Positions 1 to 8,305 of a DNA stretch of 56,624 nt are shown one piece after another. The notes under the pieces are model-generated. The model ran no database searches and was not told the origin of the DNA. It worked only from the letters and a program-made list of their open reading frames with translations. The DNA is taken from assembly GCA_910577805.1 (NCBI GenBank), contig CAJTOE010000001.1, positions 1 through 56,624 of the forward strand, read 5' to 3'. Positions within the stretch are counted from its first letter, which is position 1. Every line of letters begins with the position of its first letter. A program made the position numbers and the translations under genes. This DNA is from an uncultured Oscillospiraceae bacterium. Lineage in GTDB: Bacteria > Bacillota > Clostridia > Oscillospirales > Oscillospiraceae.

Positions 1-570
1 CAGCCAATCCCGGTCAAAGTCCACCTGGTCGGCGAACAGCGCCCCGTCCAGCGCCCCAAAGGAGCCGAACGCGTCCGCGGAGAAGAGGACCTTGTCCGTA
101 CTGTCGTAGGACACCATCACCTCCGGCCAGTGGACCATGGGGGCCATGCAGAAGGTCAGCGTATGCCGCCCCAGGGACAGGGTCTCCCCCTCTTTGACCA
201 CCAGGGTGTTGACGGGGGCTTGTCCGAAAAATTGGGCGAACATCGCCAGGGTCTTTTGGTTGCCCACCACCGTCACATCCGGACGGCGGGCCAGCAGGTC
301 CCGGAGCGTGGCGGCGTGGTCCGGCTCCATGTGGTGAACGACTACGTAGTCCAGAGCGCGGCCGTCCAGGACGTGGTCCAGGTTTTCAAAAAACTGGTCG
401 GTGATGCTGCGGTCCACCGTGTCAAACAGCACGGTCTTTTCATCCAGCAGCACGTAGGCGTTATAGGACACGCCTCTGGGGACCGGGTAGGCGCTTTCAA
501 ACAGGGCCAGGCGGCGGTCGTTGCCGCCGATCCAGTACAGGTCCCGTGTAATACTGCGAACACAGTGCAT
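1..570 (-). CDS. fprA: FprA-family flavodiiron protein (A-type flavoprotein), runs off the window edge
   Basis: Manual translation from ATG at 570: MHCVRSITRDLYWIGGNDRRLALFESAYPVPRGVSYNAY...HHMEPDH...APMVHWPE...LFSADAFG, the metallo-beta-lactamase diiron motifs of FDPs. Not in the ORF track because it is truncated. Confidence 0.9.
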   Translation of the reverse strand, partial: MHCVRSITRDLYWIGGNDRRLALFESAYPVPRGVSYNAYVLLDEKTVLFDTVDRSITDQFFENLDHVLDGRALDYVVVHHMEPDHAATLRDLLARRPDVTVVGNQKTLAMFAQFFGQAPVNTLVVKEGETLSLGRHTLTFCMAPMVHWPEVMVSYDSTDKVLFSADAFGSFGALDGALFADQVDFDRDWL

Positions 571-685
571 GGTCGATTACCTCGCTTTATATAGAAATTG
601 TATCCTAGTTATCATAGCACATCCCGGCGAAAAAAAACAAGTCTTTCATAAATTTTCTTTTGATTCGCAAAGTAAGGGCGGCATA

Positions 686-738
686 AACTGTGGGGCCCGA
701 CCCCCTGGGCGGGCCATCTCGCTGAAGCTTCCAGTCAC
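686..738 (+). repeat. 53-bp direct repeat, copy 1 (GTGG-tagged REP-like palindrome plus tail)
   Basis: aactgtggggcccgaccccctgggcgggccatctcgctgaagcttccagtcac; matches 4464-4516 at 50/53 positions; internal palindrome ggcccg...cgggcc. Confidence 0.9.
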
Positions 739-792
739 ATCCAAAGGCCACACCCCTTCACAAATCAAAACTATTTTTCTATTCAATACAAG

Positions 793-1518
793 TTACACCG
801 CAGACAGCGCGGCCTCGTCCGCCACGACGATGCAGTCGGGGTGGTACTGCAAGATGCTGCACGGCATATGGGGGGTCACCGGGCCGGACAGCAGCCCCTT
901 GACCGCCTGGGCCTTGTTCGCGCCGCTGGCGACCAGCAGGACCCGGCGGGCCTGCATGATCTCACGGGTGCCGGTGGTCCGGGCGTGGGTGGGCACATCG
1001 TCGAGGCTGGCGAAGAAACGCTTATTGGCCTCGCGGGTGCTTGCGGTCAGCTCGATCTGCTGGGTGCCCAGGGAGAACGCCTCGCCCGGCTCGTTGAAGC
1101 CGATGTGTCCGTTGGGGCCGATGCCCAGAAGCTGGAGGTCGATGCCCCCCAGGCTGTGAATGAGCGCGTCATACCGGGCGCACTCCGCGGCGGGGTCGGG
1201 GTTCATGCCGTCGGGAATATTGGTGTTCTTCAAGTCAATGTTGATGTGGTCGAACAGCCGGTCCCGCATGAAGTAGGCGTAGCTCTGGTCGTGGGTAGGC
1301 TCCAGGCCCACGTACTCGTCCAGGTTGACGGTGCGGACCTGGGAGAAGTCCAGCTCGCCCCGCTCATAGGCGGCGATCAGCTGCTTGTACGTCCCCTCCG
1401 GGGAGGAACCGGTGGCCAGACCCAGCACGCAATCGGGCTTCAGGGTCACCTGGGCCGCGATGATGCGGGCGGCGACAGCGCTCAGCTCTTCATAATCCTT
1501 GACGCGGATCAGTCTCAT
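793..1518 (-). CDS. nagB: Glucosamine-6-phosphate deaminase
   Basis: LGLATGSSP, NLDEYVGL and GIGPNGHIGFNEPG motifs. Confidence 0.97.
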   Translation of the reverse strand: MRLIRVKDYEELSAVAARIIAAQVTLKPDCVLGLATGSSPEGTYKQLIAAYERGELDFSQVRTVNLDEYVGLEPTHDQSYAYFMRDRLFDHINIDLKNTNIPDGMNPDPAAECARYDALIHSLGGIDLQLLGIGPNGHIGFNEPGEAFSLGTQQIELTASTREANKRFFASLDDVPTHARTTGTREIMQARRVLLVASGANKAQAVKGLLSGPVTPHMPCSILQYHPDCIVVADEAALSAV

Positions 1519-1523
1519 AAAAA

Positions 1524-2639
1524 TCAGCCTCCAATCAAATTTCCGTCAATATAAACCTGCTCCAGGTTGAGGGAGCCGTCCAAAACCAGAAGGTCGGCCC
1601 GTTTTCCCGCCTCCAGCACGCCCACATCCTTCAGCCCCACGGCCTGGGCCGGGGCCTGGGAGACCGCATAGATCGCGTCCTCCAGGGTCAGGCCGAAGGA
1701 CACCACATTGCGCACCTCGTCCAGCAGATTGGAGGAGGAACCGGCCAGGGTATCGGTCCCCAGCAGGGTGGCCTTGCCGTTCTTCATCTCAATAGGCTGG
1801 CCTCCCAGCTCGTACTGGCCGTCGGGCATTCCGGCGCAGCGCAGGGAATCGCTGATAATGACCAGCTTTTTGCCAAAAAGCTGTCTGGTGAGCCGGATCA
1901 CGCTGGGGTGGATATGCAGGCCGTCGCAGATCAGCTCCACGGTGGCTCCGCTGTCGAAGGCCGCGCCGATGACCCCAGGGGCCCGGTGCAGCAGAGAGGG
2001 CATGCCGTTATACAGGTGGGTGGCGTGGCTGGCGCCGGCCTGGAAGGCGGCCATCGCCGTGTCGTAGTCGGCGGTGGTGTGGCCCAGGGAGACGGTGCAG
2101 GCCTTGGACACCTCCTGAATGAAGGGCATCGCGCCCTCCTCCTCACAGGCCACGGTCACCAGCCGGACCAGGCCGCCGCTGGCCTCGTTGAGCCGGTGGA
2201 ACAGAGCCGCGTCCGGCTTGTGGAGGTTCTCTGCCGCCTGCGCGCCCCGCTTGGCGTAGGACAGGAACGGCCCCTCCAGGTGGATACCGGCGCACTTGGC
2301 CCCATCCGCCGGGCGCTGGAAGCCCCCGATGGCGTGCATCGCCGGGGTCAGCACCTCTTCTTTCAGCGTCATGGTCGTCGCCAGGAAGGAGGTGACCCCG
2401 TGGGCGGCGTAGTGCCGGGCCGCGGGGGCCAGCCCTTCGGGCTTGCCGTCTGAAAAATCCTCGCCCATGGCACCGTGGGTGTGAACGTCCACAAAGCCGG
2501 GGACCACGTATTTGCCCTGGGCGTCCACGTCCGCCGGGGCATTGGCGGGACCGATTTCCGTAATCACGCCGTTTTCAAAGGAGATCGAACCCTCTTGGAA
2601 TTTGCCGTCCAGGAATAATTTCGCGTTGCCGATGACCAT
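1524..2639 (-). CDS. nagA: N-acetylglucosamine-6-phosphate deacetylase
   Basis: PGFVDVHTHG, GIHLEGPF, HATHLYNGM, DGLHIHP, LAGS motifs; adjacent to nagB. Confidence 0.96.
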   Translation of the reverse strand: MVIGNAKLFLDGKFQEGSISFENGVITEIGPANAPADVDAQGKYVVPGFVDVHTHGAMGEDFSDGKPEGLAPAARHYAAHGVTSFLATTMTLKEEVLTPAMHAIGGFQRPADGAKCAGIHLEGPFLSYAKRGAQAAENLHKPDAALFHRLNEASGGLVRLVTVACEEEGAMPFIQEVSKACTVSLGHTTADYDTAMAAFQAGASHATHLYNGMPSLLHRAPGVIGAAFDSGATVELICDGLHIHPSVIRLTRQLFGKKLVIISDSLRCAGMPDGQYELGGQPIEMKNGKATLLGTDTLAGSSSNLLDEVRNVVSFGLTLEDAIYAVSQAPAQAVGLKDVGVLEAGKRADLLVLDGSLNLEQVYIDGNLIGG

Positions 2640-2642
2640 GGC

Positions 2643-4016
2643 TTACACCTCCGGCAGGGAAGCGGCGGCCACGCTCTGGCCCACCCGGCGGAACTTCTCG
2701 TCGGGCAGTCCGGGCAGCAGCTTACCCGCGCACTCCGGATACTCGTCCGCCAGCACCCGCTTGGCCTCCTCCAGGATGATGTCGCCGCCCTTGCCGGACA
2801 TCACACGGCCCAGGAGCAGCACATGCTTGCAGCCGTACAGCTCGTAGTAATAGGCCAGGGTGTGGCCCAGGTAGGTGCCGATGGTCTTGTAGATTTTGGC
2901 GGCGTTGGGGTCGTCCTCGGCCATCAATTTCTGGACCACCTTCAGCTTCTCGGCGGGGGACAGGGACTCCTCCAGCTCGATGCCCGCACGGGGGGCCAGC
3001 TTGATGACGGAGTCCTGGGAGAAATACTTCACGCCGCAGCCGATATCGCCGGACCACTCGTCCTGCATGGCCTCCGGGTGGCAGTCCACGGGCACGAACG
3101 CCAGCTCATTGAGCCAGCCGGTAATGCGGCCCTGCTGGTCCACATAGCCCACAGCCTCGCTGGTGCCCATGGCGATGCCCAGCACGTTGGGCTCGTTCAG
3201 GCTCATCATGCCCGCCAGGGCGGACACGTCGCCGTCGTTGACCACCTCGTAGGGGATATCGCCAAAGGTGTCGGTGATGGCGCGGATATAGATATCCTTG
3301 ACCTTTGCGTCAAACAGGTCCTTGGGGACCTTGAGGAACAAGGACGCATTCATGGTGCGGTTGTTGATATACACGCCGGCGGAGGACACGCCCACCGCGT
3401 CCACCCGCGGCATATGCTCTGCGGCGGATTTCAGAGCGGCCACGATGCCGTCGTAGTGGTAATCCGGGTCGGAGTTGGTCTTGGGGAACCAGACCACTTC
3501 CTCGGAATAGACGCTCTCGCCGTCGATCACGGCGGAGACCTTTCGGTCGGAGCCGCCTGCGTCGAAGCCGATGCGGCAGCCCTTCAGGTGTCCGCCCATG
3601 GCCTTGGGGGAGTCCTTGGCCTGGGGGATGTCGCTGGTCAGCACGATCTCGAAGGGATGCTCAAAGACGTTGGCCATATAGTCGAAATCGAAGTCCTGGC
3701 AGCCGCCGGCACAGAAGTCTCCCTTCAGGGCCTGATAGACCCCCTCGTCGGAGACGTAGAGCTTAAAGCCGCCCTTCATCCACAGGGCCGTTTTGACCAG
3801 GCGGTTGACATAGTAACGGTCTGCCTCGGCCATCTCCGGGGTGCCGTGGACAAAGGTGTGATACACGGCCATCTGGCCGCTGGCACGCTCCACCGCGATG
3901 GAGACCGGCTTTTTAGCGGTTTTCAGGAATGCGCGGTTAAAGAGCAGGACAGGCATAAATTCGCTGTCCAGGCAGGGACGGTTCTTCACGTCGAACGCGA
4001 TGCCACAGTGATTCAT
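2643..4016 (-). CDS. ROK-family sugar kinase with N-terminal extension (putative GlcNAc/ManNAc kinase)
   Basis: IGFDAGGS phosphate-1 motif, VVNDGDVSALAG, AMGTSEAVG; first gene of the nag operon. Confidence 0.8.
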   Translation of the reverse strand: MNHCGIAFDVKNRPCLDSEFMPVLLFNRAFLKTAKKPVSIAVERASGQMAVYHTFVHGTPEMAEADRYYVNRLVKTALWMKGGFKLYVSDEGVYQALKGDFCAGGCQDFDFDYMANVFEHPFEIVLTSDIPQAKDSPKAMGGHLKGCRIGFDAGGSDRKVSAVIDGESVYSEEVVWFPKTNSDPDYHYDGIVAALKSAAEHMPRVDAVGVSSAGVYINNRTMNASLFLKVPKDLFDAKVKDIYIRAITDTFGDIPYEVVNDGDVSALAGMMSLNEPNVLGIAMGTSEAVGYVDQQGRITGWLNELAFVPVDCHPEAMQDEWSGDIGCGVKYFSQDSVIKLAPRAGIELEESLSPAEKLKVVQKLMAEDDPNAAKIYKTIGTYLGHTLAYYYELYGCKHVLLLGRVMSGKGGDIILEEAKRVLADEYPECAGKLLPGLPDEKFRRVGQSVAAASLPEV

Positions 4017-4233
4017 GATAACGCCTCCACTTTTTTCTTTTTCGCTAGAATGAATAGATTTCAGCGGCTTAAAAGCCCATACTGTTGTTTATTATACCAT
4101 AGATTTTGGCAAATGTCACCCCAGTAACGAAAATATTTTTCAAAGTGTCACATTTTGTAAAAAATTCCACAATGGCCGGGTCGGTTTTGAGATACGGCTC
4201 TTTTGGCCATCTACGCTGAAATCTCCAGGACTC

Positions 4234-4393
4234 CTCCCAAAAGGCCCCTTTGGAAAGGGGCTCCGCCCGCAGGGCGGTGGGGATTGCTGCGCCGGAGCAG
4301 CCTCTATTTGAGATGTTTCGGTAGAGAGAGTGCGCAGGCAATCCCCCGTCACGGCTCCGCCGTGCCACCCCCTTTCTAAAGGGGGCTTTGGGG
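4234..4393. repeat. REP-like composite palindromic element (family A, copy 1)
   Basis: Left arm ctcccaaaaggcccctttggaaagggg...ggggattgc, right arm gcaatccccc...cccctttctaaagggggctttggg; both arms closely match 42706-42890. Confidence 0.85.
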
Positions 4394-4463
4394 TGGGGAC
4401 TTGTAAGTGTATGTTTGATTTGTGAATAGTGCAGCCCTTCAGCTTCCCCCTCACGGAGCAGTG

Positions 4464-4516
4464 AACTGTGGGGCCCGACCCCCTGGGCGGGCCATCTCAC
4501 TGAGACTTCCAGTCAC
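4464..4516 (+). repeat. 53-bp direct repeat, copy 2
   Basis: aactgtggggcccgaccccctgggcgggccatctcactgagacttccagtcac; 3 mismatches to 686-738. Confidence 0.9.
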
Positions 4517-4576
4517 CGCCAAAACCTCCCCCCCCATTTTCCGACAGCACAGAAAATTTTTTCAAAGAAAAATAAT

Positions 4577-4605
4577 TTGAAAATCACTTTCAGGTATGCT
4601 ATACT
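4577..4605 (+). promoter_or_regulatory. SigA-type promoter of the epimerase-RpiR unit, overlapping the palindrome TGAAAatcacTTTCA (candidate RpiR operator)
   Basis: TTGAAA-17 nt-TATACT with TG extension; palindrome at 4578-4592. Confidence 0.6.
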
Positions 4606-4655
4606 GAATCCAAGCATCCGAATTGGTATAAAATACATAAAAGGAGTGATTTGTA

Positions 4656-5864
4656 ATGAAGGATGTGCAGAAGCTGCGGGATATCCGCGCATGGATTCAG
4701 AAGGAGCTGGAGAGCAGCGCCAGCTTTTGGCTCAAGTACGGCATGGACCCGGAACACGGCGGCGTTTACACCTGCCTGGACCGGACCGGCGTGCGGTTCT
4801 CTACGGATAAAAGCGTATGGATGCAGGGCCGCTGCGGATGGATCTACGCCTACCTGTGCCACGTGTACGGCGTGCGGGAGGACTGGCTCCGGGCCAGCAA
4901 GAGCTGCCTGGACTTCATGGAGGCCCACTGCATCAACCGGGAGGCCGGCGACCGGATGTACTTCACCGTCACCGCCGACGGCAAGCCCCTGCGCCAGCGC
5001 CGGTACTGCTTCTCCGAGGACTTTTACACCCAGGCCAACGCCGAATATTACGCCCTCACCGGCGACAAGGCGTGCCTGGAGCGGGCCCGCCGGGCCTACG
5101 ACCTGGTCTGGCAGCTCAACAACGGCCTGATCCAGGACCCCACCGGCATGGGTCCCAAGACCATCCCGGAGACCCGCACGGGCCGCTCCCTGGGCGACCC
5201 CATGATCTATCTGAACGTCACCGCCATCATGCGCCGGTGCGATCCGGAGCGTGCGGAGCTGTACGACCAGCGCGCCCAGGCCTGCATCGACACCATTTTG
5301 AAGTATCACCACAAGCCGGAGCTGAAATGCACCCTGGAGACCGTGGGTCCCAACGGCGAGTTCATGTCCGATATCTCCGCCGGCCGCTTCGTCAACCCCG
5401 GCCACGACATCGAGTGCTCCTGGTTCCTGCTGGAGGAGGCCAACCGCCGCAATGACCCGGACCTGCGGGCCAAGGCTATGGAAATTTTCGATATGGCCAT
5501 CGAGCGGGGCTGGGACAAGGAGTACGGCGGCGTGCTGTACTTCGTGGACTGCATGGGCTTTCCCCCGGAGGCCTACGAGCATGATATGAAGCTGTGGTGG
5601 CCCCACAACGAGAGCATGATCGCCAGCCTGATGATGTACCGGGACTCCGGCGACGAAAAATATCTGGAGTGGTTCTATAAGATCATTGACTACTGCAAGA
5701 CCTACTTTGCCGACCCGGAGTGCGGCGAGTGGTACGGCTATCTGCGCCGGGACGGCAAGCCCACCCAGCCCGCCTGTAAGGGCTGTACCTTCAAGGGTCC
5801 CTTCCATGTGCCCCGCGCCCTTATCATGACGGACCAGCTCCTGGGAGAGGTTTTAGGCGAGTAA
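4656..5864 (+). CDS. AGE-family N-acylglucosamine 2-epimerase
   Basis: DKSVWMQGR, NPGHDIECSWF, KLWWPHNE, KGPFHVPR motifs; RBS aaggag. Confidence 0.93.
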   Translation: MKDVQKLRDIRAWIQKELESSASFWLKYGMDPEHGGVYTCLDRTGVRFSTDKSVWMQGRCGWIYAYLCHVYGVREDWLRASKSCLDFMEAHCINREAGDRMYFTVTADGKPLRQRRYCFSEDFYTQANAEYYALTGDKACLERARRAYDLVWQLNNGLIQDPTGMGPKTIPETRTGRSLGDPMIYLNVTAIMRRCDPERAELYDQRAQACIDTILKYHHKPELKCTLETVGPNGEFMSDISAGRFVNPGHDIECSWFLLEEANRRNDPDLRAKAMEIFDMAIERGWDKEYGGVLYFVDCMGFPPEAYEHDMKLWWPHNESMIASLMMYRDSGDEKYLEWFYKIIDYCKTYFADPECGEWYGYLRRDGKPTQPACKGCTFKGPFHVPRALIMTDQLLGEVLGE

Positions 5865-5865
5865 C

Positions 5866-6720
5866 ATGACGCAAAACGTGTTCGAGACCATCAGCAGCCA
5901 GTACTTCGACCTGACCCATTCCGAAAAAAAGGTAGCCGATTATGTACTGGGCCACAGGATCGACGCGCAGTATATGTCTATTTCCGAGCTGGCGGAGGAG
6001 TGCGAGGTGGCGGACGCTACCATCTCCCGCTTCTGCCGCCGGCTGGGTCTGCCGGGCTACAACGCCTTTAAGCTGGAACTGGCGCGGGCTTCTATGGACG
6101 CCCGCGCCGCGCTTCCCCGTACGCCAGCCCTCTCCGTCTCCAGCGACGGCTTTGCCGCTTTGTGCAAGCAGGTGCTGGGGGACAACATCTCCGCCCTGGA
6201 GCAGACCTTCCAGCTCGTGGACCGGGAGGCCCTGCGGCAGGCGGTGGACCTGCTGGAGCAGGCCCGCCGGGTGGCGTGCATCGGCCAGGGCGGGTCCATG
6301 GTGCTGGCCATGGAGGCCTGGACTTTGTTTTCCATGGTCTCCTCCAAGTTCATCTACGTGCCGGACTCCCACTTGCAGATCAACACCCTGGCGGGGATGG
6401 AGCCGGACGAGGCTGTCTTGTATTTCTCCTACTCCGGGTCCACCCGCGACCTCCAGGACGCGCTGGAGGTGGCCCGCACCCGGCAGGTGCCCGTAATCCT
6501 GGTCTCCCGGTTCCCCAAGTCCCCCGGAGGCCAGCAGGCCAATGTGGTCCTCCAGTGCGGCGTCAACGAGAGTCCTCTGCAGCCGGGGTCCGTGTCCGCC
6601 CGGATGGCACAGCTTTTGATCTTAGACCTTCTGTTTCAGCAGCTTTGCAGCCGGAACCGGGACCAGGTGGACGAGCGCCGGTCCCGTATCGCGGAGGCGG
6701 CGGCGAAAAAGCACTTGTAG
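5866..6720 (+). CDS. MurR/RpiR-family transcriptional regulator
   Basis: N-terminal HTH (SISELAEECEVADATISRFCRRLG) and SIS domain (FSYSGST). Confidence 0.93.
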   Translation: MTQNVFETISSQYFDLTHSEKKVADYVLGHRIDAQYMSISELAEECEVADATISRFCRRLGLPGYNAFKLELARASMDARAALPRTPALSVSSDGFAALCKQVLGDNISALEQTFQLVDREALRQAVDLLEQARRVACIGQGGSMVLAMEAWTLFSMVSSKFIYVPDSHLQINTLAGMEPDEAVLYFSYSGSTRDLQDALEVARTRQVPVILVSRFPKSPGGQQANVVLQCGVNESPLQPGSVSARMAQLLILDLLFQQLCSRNRDQVDERRSRIAEAAAKKHL

Positions 6721-6766
6721 GGGTTTCCCCCCTATTCCGCAAAACAACATAAGGAGTGAAGCATCT

Positions 6767-7654
6767 ATGCGAGTACAACTGGCAAGCGCCCAGAATATGC
6801 TGCGGCTTCAAATGCAGAATCCGATGCAAAAAACCATGGGACAACTGCAAAATCCTGGTTTGGCGCAGGTGATTCAGCAGGTAAATACCAACTACAGCAG
6901 CAGAAGAAACCGTGATACCGTGGAACTGAGCCAAAAGGCGCTGGAGCTTCTGGAAGCCTGCGACACCAAAAAAGCAGACGAGACCAAGAAAGCGGAAGAG
7001 GCTTCTGCGTATCAGAAGTACGCGCCCGACATGTTCACCAAGGAAGAGTGGGCCGAAAACGCGCTTTTGGCACAGAGAGACGGCATCCAGACGGTTTCCG
7101 ATATCGTGGACTACGCAAAATCCAAATTGCAGTATACAATGTCCAAAATCTCCGAGCTGGAAAACTATCTGAACGGCACAGGCACCCACAGCGACCCCAA
7201 TATGACCAAAGAGCTGGCGGAAACGTATCTGCATAACTACAAGCACAGCATCCAGACGGATTATACAGACCTCATTCAAAGCCACATAAATCCGCACCGG
7301 ACCACAGTGGAGGAATACGACAGCTTGTCCGGCGGGCTGGCGTCCAGCGCAATGGAAAATCAGCTCGATTCTATTTCCGCCGCGTCTCTGGGGCTGACCG
7401 GCCTGTCCGACGACCCCCAGGAAATTATGAAAGCTCTGGAAAACGCCTCCAAGACGCTGGGCGGAATGAAGCAGAACGTGGAAAACGCCTACAAAGAGAT
7501 GACGGGCGGCAAGCAGATCACCAAGCCCGCCCAAAGCACCTCTATCTATGATGGAAGAACCAGCCATACCTTCTTTGCGTCCCAGATGGAACGGTCCCAT
7601 AGAGTTTTGGATACCGCGAATATGAAGCTTACCGGTCAAACCTTAAGCTTCTGA
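6767..7654 (+). CDS. Hypothetical helical protein
   Basis: 295-aa ORF with RBS aaggag and a downstream terminator; lower GC than neighbours. Confidence 0.8.
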   Translation: MRVQLASAQNMLRLQMQNPMQKTMGQLQNPGLAQVIQQVNTNYSSRRNRDTVELSQKALELLEACDTKKADETKKAEEASAYQKYAPDMFTKEEWAENALLAQRDGIQTVSDIVDYAKSKLQYTMSKISELENYLNGTGTHSDPNMTKELAETYLHNYKHSIQTDYTDLIQSHINPHRTTVEEYDSLSGGLASSAMENQLDSISAASLGLTGLSDDPQEIMKALENASKTLGGMKQNVENAYKEMTGGKQITKPAQSTSIYDGRTSHTFFASQMERSHRVLDTANMKLTGQTLSF

Positions 7655-7674
7655 TACTATGGGCGAATGAAATG

Positions 7675-7718
7675 AGCAGAACCAGAAAGCCGGATTCCGC
7701 TTTCTGGTTCTGCTTTTT
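7675..7718. terminator. Intrinsic terminator between convergent genes
   Basis: agcagaaccagaaagc-loop-gctttctggttctgct followed by a T-run. Confidence 0.85.
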
Positions 7719-7724
7719 CCTTCT

Positions 7725-8294
7725 TTATTGCGCAAATACACCGGCCAGCTCCACGCCGCATCCCTCCAGAACCCCCACCGGAACGCAGTCGGTCCCGGCG
7801 TAGACGGCGGCGGCATGATACGCGCCGTCCTCCAGTGTGTAGACGGAGACGGTCCGGGAGGCGGGGTCTACGATCCAGTATTCCCGGACTCCCGCCCGCT
7901 GGTACAGATTGTATTTCACCAGCCGGTCGTGCCGCTGGGTAGACGGAGAAATGATCTCAATAATAAGGTCCGGCGCGCCCTTACAGCCCGCGTCGTCCAG
8001 CTTATCCGGGTCGCACACAACAGTGAGGTCCGGCTCCACCAGGGTGTCCACCTGGGAGGGCGAATCTCCCTCCCGCTCAAACAGCCGTACCCCGAAGGGG
8101 GCGTGATACACCCGGCATTTTTTGTCCTTTAAAAAACTTCCTAACTGCAAATAAAGCGCACCAGAAATTTCCTGATGCCTCCGGGACGGCGGAGCCATCA
8201 TGTGCGGCTGGCCGTAAATCAGCTCCACCCGCTCCTCCTCGCTCCAGGTCAGCATATCGGCGTAGGTCCACTGCTTTTCCTGCGGCAGCGCCAT
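7725..8294 (-). CDS. Uma2-family (PD-(D/E)XK) putative endonuclease
   Basis: ELIYG...MAPPSRRHQ, VEPDLTVVCD, GAPDLIIEIISPST, GVREYWIVDP; start moved to MALPQEK behind RBS ggagg. Confidence 0.92.
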   Translation of the reverse strand: MALPQEKQWTYADMLTWSEEERVELIYGQPHMMAPPSRRHQEISGALYLQLGSFLKDKKCRVYHAPFGVRLFEREGDSPSQVDTLVEPDLTVVCDPDKLDDAGCKGAPDLIIEIISPSTQRHDRLVKYNLYQRAGVREYWIVDPASRTVSVYTLEDGAYHAAAVYAGTDCVPVGVLEGCGVELAGVFAQ

Positions 8295-8305
8295 AATAAA
8301 CCCTC

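Noticed and set aside
4069..4500. ORFs over REP-like regions (also 42649-43113)
   Set aside because: They translate palindromic repeats and are not credible proteins.
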